Source of the DNA: Thermomicrobiales bacterium
GTDB lineage: Bacteria; Chloroflexota; Chloroflexia; Thermomicrobiales; UBA6265
Length of the DNA stretch: 35,511 nucleotides
Direction: 5' to 3'
Assembly: GCA_036280495.1 (NCBI GenBank)
Contig: DASUQU010000074.1
Location: 1-35,511, forward strand
In this document: positions 8,899-15,725 of the stretch, piece after piece
How the letters are laid out: the number at the start of each line of letters is the position of its first letter
Position numbering within the stretch: the stretch's first letter is position 1
Translations under genes and position numbers: made by a program
Notes under the pieces: model-generated
The model's database searches: none
Told to the model about the DNA's origin: nothing
Seen by the model: the letters and a program-made list of their open reading frames with translations, nothing else

Positions 8899-9972
8899 GT
8901 GAGCAGTTGGGAACGATTCGGTGATTGGATCGCGACACTAGCTGTCGCCTCGTTCACGTGGGTCTCGGGTTTGGTCGTAGCCGGCGCGCCTGCCGGTGCT
9001 CCGGCGGCCACAGTCGATGTGCCGGCCGAGAATCAACCCACCTTGGTGATGTTGTGGGCGCAGGCGGAGGATGAGCCGCCCATCGAGCAGGTGGGCGAGG
9101 AGACAGACGGAGACGTCGAAACGCTCGACGACGCGACGCCCCCCTCGGACGAGGTCGATACGACCGAGGATGTCGAGCTCCTTGACCAGGGTCCTCTCGT
9201 CGACGACGAACAGGACGTCGAGCTCCTTGACCGGGGCTCCCAGCCGGTAACCGCTCCGGAGTCCTCGTCAGTGCCCATAGTTTCAACTGTCCCTGCGACC
9301 ACGGATGTCGCTCCGGTCGACTCCACCGTTCCGTTCGTACCAGAAGGATTCGGAACCGGCGACGTCCACGTCGCCACCGGGACCGCCGGATTCCCGGTCG
9401 GCCTCGAGGATTGCCATGTGGGTGCGGTCACCGGCCGCGCCTATGTCGGGATCGATTGTGGCGAGGGAAGCGGGAGTTCGTTCGTCGGGCACTCCCCGTC
9501 ATTCGAAGAGTTCCCGTTTGTTCTCGAGGAGAACTTCCCGTTCGATCGAGAAAGCGTCTTTGCCGATCGCGGCGAGAGTCAGTCCGAGGATAGCGTTGTG
9601 ACGTTGGTTTCTGCCGCGGGCGATACGGCCCGCAATGGCAACTCAGTTGCCCCGGAAATCCGCACATCGGGCATATCGTCGGTGGAATTCGAGCAGCGAG
9701 CGCGGGATCGCAAGCCTCGGGTCGAGACGGACAACGGTAGTTCGAAGGGGGGTAAACAGAAGCGCCGGAGCCGAAATGCCGAAGTTACGGCATCTGAGAC
9801 TCAGGATGCGGCGGGGACGGTAGCCGCGGAATCCAAGCAACAGAAGAAGGACAAGGGCAAGGACCGAATCCGGCGAGGGGCAGGCGCGGCCGGCGCTGAT
9901 GAGTCAACGAGTTCGCACGGTACCAAGAAAGACGGCGGGAAGAAGGGTAAGAAGAAACGGACCTCCAATTGA
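8899..9972 (+). CDS. Hypothetical membrane-anchored protein: one N-terminal TM, acidic low-complexity region, lysine-rich basic tail
   Basis: 357-codon ORF with GTG start and AGGTGGGGGAG upstream. The TM segment is WIATLAVASFTWVSGLVVAGA. The D/E-rich segment contains a duplicated DVELLD unit. The C-terminus reads KQQKKDKGKDRIRR...TKKDGGKKGKKKRTSN. No recognisable domain. Confidence 0.6.
   Translation: MSSWERFGDWIATLAVASFTWVSGLVVAGAPAGAPAATVDVPAENQPTLVMLWAQAEDEPPIEQVGEETDGDVETLDDATPPSDEVDTTEDVELLDQGPLVDDEQDVELLDRGSQPVTAPESSSVPIVSTVPATTDVAPVDSTVPFVPEGFGTGDVHVATGTAGFPVGLEDCHVGAVTGRAYVGIDCGEGSGSSFVGHSPSFEEFPFVLEENFPFDRESVFADRGESQSEDSVVTLVSAAGDTARNGNSVAPEIRTSGISSVEFEQRARDRKPRVETDNGSSKGGKQKRRSRNAEVTASETQDAAGTVAAESKQQKKDKGKDRIRRGAGAAGADESTSSHGTKKDGGKKGKKKRTSN
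9172..9232 (+). repeat. Intragenic direct repeat (16-nt perfect copies GTCGAGCTCCTTGACC at 9172-9187 and 9217-9232, 45 nt apart)
   Basis: Read directly from the sequence. The 45-nt period equals 15 codons and encodes EDVELLDQGP / QDVELLDRGS in the 8899..9972 ORF. Confidence 0.9.
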
Positions 9973-10093
9973 CCGAATCAAGCTGTCGAAAGCGAACAGT
10001 GCTGCCTGGATACAAGCTGGTCGCTGACTCGCCGTCTGAATCGGCTGGTGACGATATAGAAGAACAGCTGTCTGCAGCCGACGGAGAAGCAAA

Positions 10094-10978
10094 TTAGCTC
10101 ACGAAATCGGGGATGTTGTTCCCGCCATCGTCCGACGGCTCAGCCGGGCTGGTTCCACGCGTGCCCGCGGTGACATCACCGGTCTGAATGATGCTTGCAC
10201 CGTCGGGCCCAGAGACCGCGATCACGTCTCCCGAGCGAGCGAACGCAAAGCCGCCACTCGTGCTGACGTCCGCAATAACGTTGTCGCTAGCCTGCACGAT
10301 CAAGTCATTGATCGACGTTTCGGGGATATCGTCAATGAATACGTTGGGGGTTGCCGGCGTGACGGTAGTGGCATCCGGCACGCGATCCGCTGGCGCATTG
10401 TCGGGTGGCGAATCGCCCGTCGGCTCGTCGGCCTGCTGCTCGAATCGGCGAACGCGCCGGCCGCCGTGATGGTCCGGATCGTTGTCCTCTCCTGAATTGT
10501 CGCGGGACGCTGAATCCGAGTCGGCGTTTCGCCGCTGGGAGTCGCCGCGAGTCTTGCCGCCGTCCGACCCGTTCTGTTGGCTACCTTCGTCGTCTGCGCT
10601 CTGCTCCTCGTTCCCGTCCCGCTTCCGGGACTTCTCTGATTTGTCAGTCGTGCCTTTATCCTCAGCATCAGCATTAGAGTCGTTCTTGCGGCCAGCTTCT
10701 TGTTCGTTCTTAGTCTCGTCCGCCAACTCCTCTGGGTTGTCCTGAGCCGCCTCATCATTGCTGCCCTGCTCGCCGTTTCGTCGCTCCCCTCTTCGCGCAG
10801 CGGAGGCGATCTCTGGTGAAACGGTCGTGAGGCCGAGGCCGGACAGGAGCCGACCTGTCCGGGAGCGTATTCCGGCTCGAGACCCAAGTACATTCGCAAT
10901 CTTTGACCGAGGATTCAGCACGGTATCTTCCCTCTTGCCCGATCCTCTCGATGTCGACACCGACGACACAAGTCTCAA
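10094..10978 (-). CDS. Hypothetical highly charged, hydrophilic low-complexity protein
   Basis: Longest ORF in this region (294 codons, TTG start; the true start is uncertain). G/C is favoured at third codon positions. About 170 residues are D/E/N/S/G/R/K-rich (e.g. NDSNADAEDKGTTDKSEKSRKRDGNEEQSADDEGSQQNGSDGGK). The C-terminal segment is more ordered: VFIDDIPETSINDLIVQASDNVIADVSTSGGFAFARSGDVIAVSGPDGASIIQTGDV. No TM or signal peptide and no recognisable domain. Confidence 0.5.
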   Translation of the reverse strand: MRLVSSVSTSRGSGKREDTVLNPRSKIANVLGSRAGIRSRTGRLLSGLGLTTVSPEIASAARRGERRNGEQGSNDEAAQDNPEELADETKNEQEAGRKNDSNADAEDKGTTDKSEKSRKRDGNEEQSADDEGSQQNGSDGGKTRGDSQRRNADSDSASRDNSGEDNDPDHHGGRRVRRFEQQADEPTGDSPPDNAPADRVPDATTVTPATPNVFIDDIPETSINDLIVQASDNVIADVSTSGGFAFARSGDVIAVSGPDGASIIQTGDVTAGTRGTSPAEPSDDGGNNIPDFVS

Positions 10979-11331
10979 CTATTAACCGCGTGGAGACCAG
11001 GGGGTAGGTCTGTCCCTGGCTGCAAACGAAGAGTTTGCTCTAGCCGTTTCCTTGCCGGCACCACTGAACGCAGGGCACTTGACCAGTTTATCACCACTGC
11101 CGGTTCCCCGGGTCCGGATTTCGCGCGTACGTACGCATCCGGGCGCTGGCATGATGGAATTGCTCGACTGAAACAACCTGTCGACGGGACCTTGCGTTGT
11201 TTGTCCAGGGCCGGGAGGCCTATGGAAGATGACGCGATTCTTGCCCAAGATACGCCAGGCTTGCCCTGGTTGCATCGGGTTCGTAGTCTTGCCAGTAGCG
11301 GTAAGCCAGCGACTGTGCGACGAGGGTGGCC

Positions 11332-11607
11332 ATGAGTCTGTCGCGGGGGCGGGGCCAGATAAGGACGGAACGGGGACGAGTAGTGGTGGTTGCCCGGTGC
11401 CCGCTGTGTGGCGAAGAGCACCGGTATGACAAAGGAGAGGCCGGCGGGGAAGAGATCGAAACCCTGCGTAAGGTCGGCTACACCGATGAGTGGCTCCCGT
11501 GTCAGATGGACTTGCCTGGGAACTTCTGGCGAATTGTAATCACCGGCAGCCGACAGGGAGCGAAACATGAATCACCGCGCCGCCACCGGAGGGCCAAAGG
11601 AAAGTGA
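11332..11607 (+). CDS. Small hypothetical CxxC protein with basic tail, translationally coupled to the TrmH-like gene
   Basis: ATG 11332 is preceded by GAGGGTGG. The sequence reads ..VVVVARCPLCGEEHRYDKGEAGGEEIETLRKVGYTDEWLPCQMDLPGNFWRIVITG..RRHRRAKGK. Its TGA (11605-11607) overlaps the GTG (11604) of the next gene (GTGA). Confidence 0.45.
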   Translation: MSLSRGRGQIRTERGRVVVVARCPLCGEEHRYDKGEAGGEEIETLRKVGYTDEWLPCQMDLPGNFWRIVITGSRQGAKHESPRRHRRAKGK

Positions 11608-12260
11608 ATGCACCCGAGGCCGCTGACCGGCAAGCGCTATCCAGGACGCAGCCGCTCAAATCTCGACGGTGGCCGCGGACCGAGCGACGTCAAGCGCGCA
11701 TCCGGTCCGTGCTGGCGCGACGTCAGCCAGATCTGACGGTTGTCCTGGAAAACGTGCACGACCCGCATAACGTCAGTGCCATTCTCCGCTCCTGCGACGG
11801 GGTTGGCGTGCTGCGGGCACACGCCGTATACACGATGGAAGAGCCACCAGCAGGGGCGTTTGCAAGGCAGACCTCGGCCAGCGCGGCAAAGTGGGTGGAA
11901 GTCGAGCGCCACGATTCACTTGCCGAATGTTTCACGCGATTGAGAGCGGAAGGTTTCTCCATTCTGGTCACAAGCATCGGACCCGATTCTCGCCCCCTCT
12001 ATGACTGGGATCTCAGGCAGCCAGTTGCGCTGGTCCTCGGCAACGAGATGCGGGGGGTCTCCACTGAGGCTCGGGACACTGCCGATGGGGCACTGCAGAT
12101 CCCCATGGCTGGGATGGTAGAGAGCTTGAATGTCTCCGTCGCCTGCGCTGTCTGTCTCTATGAAGCATTTCGCCAGCGAGCCGCCGCCGGTGACTACGAC
12201 TATTCGAAGATCGATTCACATCGATTGCGGACCCTGGAAGAAGACTGGCTTCGCCGCTAG
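11604..12260 (+). CDS. trmH: SpoU/TrmH-family RNA 2'-O-ribose methyltransferase
   Basis: SPOUT motifs are present: VVLENVHDPHNVSAILRSCDGVGV, ALVLGNEMRGVS and IPMAGMVESLNVSVACAVCLYE. Confidence 0.88.
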   Translation: MNAPEAADRQALSRTQPLKSRRWPRTERRQARIRSVLARRQPDLTVVLENVHDPHNVSAILRSCDGVGVLRAHAVYTMEEPPAGAFARQTSASAAKWVEVERHDSLAECFTRLRAEGFSILVTSIGPDSRPLYDWDLRQPVALVLGNEMRGVSTEARDTADGALQIPMAGMVESLNVSVACAVCLYEAFRQRAAAGDYDYSKIDSHRLRTLEEDWLRR

Positions 12261-12283
12261 CCGCGAGTCGCGTACCGGCAGCA

Positions 12284-12754
12284 TTACTCGGAAGAATCGG
12301 TGCCGCCGCCTGACTTGCTGCCGAGAAAACGGAGCTCGAGCTGCCTGAGCGTGACCAGGGCAACGATGGTTGCGACCGTGGCAATGACAGCGACGACATA
12401 GAAACCCGCGCCAATCAGTAGCCCCAGCGCGGTCGCGACCCAGAGACCAGCGGCGGTCGTCAGTCCGATGACTTGTTTGCCAGTGGTGAGAATCACACCA
12501 GCGGCGATGAATCCGATGCCCTGGACGACCGTGGACGCAATGCGACCGGGATCCGAGACGCCTCCGGCTATGGCAACCTGCTCCGCAAGGAGGATGGCGC
12601 AGATCATGAAGAGGCACGCGCCTTCGACCACTAACATGTAGGTCCGCAAGCCCGCCGGCCGGTCGAGGCGCTCACGCTCGATCCCAAGCAGAGCGCCGAC
12701 GACCATGGCTAGCGCCAGGCGCTGAATGGCTTCGAGGTTGCTGAGAGACTCCAT
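12284..12754 (-). CDS. mgtC: MgtC/SapB family membrane protein
   Basis: Contains LALAMVVGALLGIERERLDRPAGLRTYMLV and QGIGFIAAGVIL, plus further TM segments. ATG 12754 (MESLSNLEAIQ) is preferred to the longer track start at 12781. Confidence 0.85.
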   Translation of the reverse strand: MESLSNLEAIQRLALAMVVGALLGIERERLDRPAGLRTYMLVVEGACLFMICAILLAEQVAIAGGVSDPGRIASTVVQGIGFIAAGVILTTGKQVIGLTTAAGLWVATALGLLIGAGFYVVAVIATVATIVALVTLRQLELRFLGSKSGGGTDSSE

Positions 12755-12808
12755 ATCACGCCAGCCCCATGCGGTAACCAAGCCAGGCGCGAATGCTCGG
12801 GGGCACGG

Positions 12809-13363
12809 CTAAAACTGAAGGACAATCGACTGATTTTCCCCGTCCCGGATGTACTTTGCGGTCGCTTGGTCTCCGGCCTTGAGGGTCTCAACCATCTGGT
12901 CGAGCGCGGTCATCGTCCGCACCCGTTTCCCGGCGAAGCTAGTGATGATGTCTCCAGGCTTGAGACCTCCCCGGGCAGCGACGGTCTTCGGTCGGACATT
13001 GCCGACATAGACGCCTTTTGTTCCGGCGGGGACCTTCTCCGCTTTCTCCGGATGCTTGGCCAGATACTCTTCGGCATCCGCGGCCAGAATCCCGAGCGGG
13101 GGCCGCTTCGGACCCGCGAACTTTTCCGCTAGCTTCGCGAATTTCCGCTGGTCGAATCCCAGAATGACGTCGCCATTGGCGACAGTGACTGGCACGCCTT
13201 GTTGACCGCTGATGCGAATCATCTCCATCGCCGCCTGGTAGTCCTTGGCGACGTCCTTTTCAACGAAGGGGACTTTGTTTCGGCTAAGGAACTCCTTAGC
13301 TCTATCGCACCATGGTCAGGTGTTGGTGGTGTAAACGGTGACCTGAGGAGCAGCGTCCGTCAT
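12809..13363 (-). CDS. Glutaredoxin-like (YruB/NrdH-type) + PDZ fusion protein with in-frame UGA at the first redox-Cys position (candidate selenoprotein, U-P-W-C)
   Basis: The track lists only 12809..13228. The same frame continues upstream with no other stop. It reads ATG 13363 (AAGAGGA RBS) MTDAAPQVTVYTTNT-TGA(13318..13316)-PWCDRAKEFLSRNKVPFVEKDVAKDYQAAMEMIRISGQQGVPVTVANGDVILGFD. A linker and PDZ follow (GVYVGNVRPKTVAARGGLKPGDIITSFAGKRV..). I verified this codon by codon. Confidence 0.7.
13283..13300 (-). promoter_or_regulatory. SECIS-like stem-loop downstream of the in-frame UGA
   Basis: The minus-strand RNA is GCUAAGG-AGUU-CCUUAGC, a perfect 7-bp stem with a 4-nt loop containing G and U. 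The stem starts 15 nt after the UGA, and the apical loop starts 25 nt from the U of the UGA. Confidence 0.5.
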
Positions 13364-13480
13364 CGATATCCTCTTTACTCCGGGGCGGCCGGTTCACGCT
13401 CGTCGATCCAATGCCGCTCCGGTCGAATCACTGGCTCCATGGTACCAGTAGCGGTCCAATCGTCCGTGCGACGCCGGTCC

Positions 13481-15073
13481 CTATTCCCATTCGATCGTTG
13501 CTGGTGGCTTCGAAGAGATGTCATAGACCACGCGGGTGATACCGTGCACCTCGTTCACGATGCGATTGCTGATGCGTGCCAGTACTTCATGAGGGAGTCG
13601 TGCCCAGTCGGCGGTCATCGCGTCTTCCGACGTGACCGCTCTGACTGCACATACGCGTCCGTATGTTCGGTAGTCTCCCATGACGCCAACTGTGCGAATG
13701 GGTAAGAGGACGGCGAAATATTGCCAGACCTCCATAGTGCCGCCCAAGAGGTCGACCTCTTCGCGCACCACCGCGTCAGCGCAACGCAGCAAATCGAGAT
13801 CTTCCTTCGTGACCTGGCCGATGATGCGAACGGCGAGGCCCGGACCCGGGAAAGGTTGGCGTTGGACGATTTCGGCAGGCAGACCGAGAGCGCGGCCGAC
13901 ATCGCGAACTTCGTCCTTGAAGAGATAGCGTAATGGCTCGACGAGGGAAAACGTGAGGTCGGTGGGTAGACCGCCGACGTTGTGATGGGTCTTGATCTTG
14001 ACCGCGGACTTGGTATCCGGCGCGGTGCTTTCGATGACATCCGGATAGAGCGTGCCCTGTGCCAGAAAATCGAATGGTCCGTGGAGAGCCGCCTGCGCCT
14101 CGAAGGTCCGGATGAACTCATCGCCGACGATCCTTCGTTTCTCCTCAGGGTCGACGACGCCCTCCAGACGGTTGAGAAATCGCTCGCTCGCGTCGACAAA
14201 GATGAGATTCATGCCGGAAGCGCGGGCGAAGACGTCGCGCACGAGGTCGGCTTCCCCGAGACGCAGCAGGCCGTTGTCGACGAAGACCGGGCTCAAGCGA
14301 TCGCCGATTGCGCGGTGAATGAGGGCAGCCGCGACGGATGAGTCCACGCCCCCACTGAGACCGAGCAGCACCCGACCGTCTCCAACCCTCTCCCGGATCT
14401 GCCGGATGGCACTGTCGATGAAGTGCTCGGCGGTCCAGTCTGTTCGACAATTGCAGACGTCGACGAGGAAATTGCGCAACAGATCTCGGCCAAGCGGGGT
14501 GTGCACCACCTCCGGATGGAATTGGATGCCAAAACGCCGGCCGTCAGTCATACCGGCAATCGGAGCATTGTTCGTGCGGGCTATCCCAACGTAGCCGGTC
14601 GGGAGCCGCGTGACGTGATCACCGTGGCTCATCCAGACATCGAGCGAAGGGGGCAGGTTTCGGAAGAGAGGGGACTGTTGGGTCACCTCAATCGTCGCCG
14701 GGCCGTATTCACGACGAGCGGCTGGCTCAACACCTCCGTCGAGCGCGCGAGCGATCAGCTGCATGCCGTAACAGATGCCGAGTACAGGGGCGTCCACGCG
14801 CAGGACCCAGGTCGGCAGCGAGGGGGCTCCCTCGTCATAGACACTTGCCGGTCCACCGGACAGAATGATGCCCTTCGGCTGCAAGCGCGCAATCTCCTCC
14901 CAGCTCGTATCCCACGGCAGGAGGATGCTGTAGACCCCCGCTTCACGAACGCGGCGGGCAATCAGTTGGCTGTACTGACTGCCGAAATCGAGCACTACGA
15001 TTGTGTCGAAGCGATGGTCGATGCTTCCCTCATCCCCGGTTCCGGTGATCGTAGGAAGTGCTGAAGCCTTCAT
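13481..15073 (-). CDS. guaA: GMP synthase (glutamine-hydrolysing)
   Basis: GATase region [19 protein letters not shown] and ICYGMQL. ATP-PPase P-loop [13 protein letters not shown]-terminus [15 protein letters not shown] 15073 has AGGAG 5 nt upstream. Confidence 0.97.
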   Translation of the reverse strand: MKASALPTITGTGDEGSIDHRFDTIVVLDFGSQYSQLIARRVREAGVYSILLPWDTSWEEIARLQPKGIILSGGPASVYDEGAPSLPTWVLRVDAPVLGICYGMQLIARALDGGVEPAARREYGPATIEVTQQSPLFRNLPPSLDVWMSHGDHVTRLPTGYVGIARTNNAPIAGMTDGRRFGIQFHPEVVHTPLGRDLLRNFLVDVCNCRTDWTAEHFIDSAIRQIRERVGDGRVLLGLSGGVDSSVAAALIHRAIGDRLSPVFVDNGLLRLGEADLVRDVFARASGMNLIFVDASERFLNRLEGVVDPEEKRRIVGDEFIRTFEAQAALHGPFDFLAQGTLYPDVIESTAPDTKSAVKIKTHHNVGGLPTDLTFSLVEPLRYLFKDEVRDVGRALGLPAEIVQRQPFPGPGLAVRIIGQVTKEDLDLLRCADAVVREEVDLLGGTMEVWQYFAVLLPIRTVGVMGDYRTYGRVCAVRAVTSEDAMTADWARLPHEVLARISNRIVNEVHGITRVVYDISSKPPATIEWE

Positions 15074-15121
15074 CGACGCTCCTGACCGCTTTTCGCGGTT
15101 CTGAAACCAAACTCCGGCGGG

Positions 15122-15580
15122 TTAGATGTCCGGGCCTTGGTGACCGAGATAGAGATAGGTCTGATCGAACTCCCACTCCGGGATCGTCTCGATGTCGACT
15201 TCAACTCGCGGGCGAAGGGGGTCGATCTTCTTCGAGAGGTGGAGATCGACGACCGCGCGGTCGTCGAAGCCGATTGTCCGAGCAAGGGCGTCCAAGCAGA
15301 TTTTCAGGCCGCCGTCGAGGTCCCTTCGGTGCGGCGTCTCAAAAAAATACACGAGGTATATGCCGAGGAGCGAACTCGCTAACGCCTGCTCGGTCACCGG
15401 CGAGAGTTGGCCACTGGTTCGCTGCGCCGCGATCAACTTGGCGACATCACGGTTGAAGGTTTTTGCCGGCGCGCTGAGGACCCTCCGCCGGCCCACGCTC
15501 ACGTACTGGTTATTCACTCCAGGCGGTAGCGGCAGGAGGATCTGAAACCTAATTACCGGTCGGGCTGCAATGCGCTGCAT
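15122..15580 (-). CDS. rusA: RusA-family crossover-junction endodeoxyribonuclease (Holliday-junction resolvase)-like protein
   Basis: Contains ILLPLPPGVNNQYVSVGRRRVLSAPAKTF and the catalytic-region pattern RRDLDGGLKICLDALARTIGFDDRAVVDLHLSK. This matches the RusA D-x-D..K..DA...DD signature. The protein is 152 aa. Confidence 0.7.
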   Translation of the reverse strand: MQRIAARPVIRFQILLPLPPGVNNQYVSVGRRRVLSAPAKTFNRDVAKLIAAQRTSGQLSPVTEQALASSLLGIYLVYFFETPHRRDLDGGLKICLDALARTIGFDDRAVVDLHLSKKIDPLRPRVEVDIETIPEWEFDQTYLYLGHQGPDI

Positions 15581-15725
15581 GGAGCCTGATCTCTGTTGAG
15601 CGGGGCGCAGCCAGTCTACTGATGGCTGCGAGCTCGGGCAACCTCGCCGGTCCCCTCTCGAGCCAAGCGATTTGTGGCCGCTATGCTTGAATCATGCGAT
15701 CGTTAGACCTGCCCAGCCACCTTCA

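Noticed and set aside
8899-10978. The idea that the two charged low-complexity ORFs plus the SprT-like, receiver and small CxxC genes constitute a defence or mobile island.
   Set aside because: No nuclease, ATPase, recombinase, flanking direct repeats or tRNA target are visible. The atypical composition is suggestive only, so they are reported as separate low-to-moderate-interest observations instead.
11021-11045. The plus-strand reading GCA AAC GAA GAG TTT GCT CTA GCC translates to ANEEFALA, which resembles a tmRNA (ssrA) tag. It lies in a non-coding region of tmRNA-like size.
   Set aside because: The resemblance comes from the GCAAAC/GTTTGC hairpin. No stop codon follows the tag-like peptide. 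There is no GGGG...TTCGAC 5' end, no T-arm (GGTTCGAnTCC) and no ..CCACCA 3' end on either strand.
11298-11317. The minus-strand ACAGTCGCTGGCTTACCG resembles the RNase P RNA 3' conserved motif ACAGAAcCCGGCTTAtCG.
   Set aside because: No GAGGAAAGTCCGGGC-type CR-I element exists upstream on that strand. The required roughly 350 nt upstream is occupied by coding sequence (the small ORF and trmH).
13316-13318. Alternative explanation for the in-frame TGA: genome-wide UGA reassignment (code 4/25-like).
   Set aside because: At least six well-supported genes in this window terminate with TGA at positions consistent with homologue lengths, so UGA is a normal stop here. Pseudogene or sequencing error cannot be excluded from the sequence alone.
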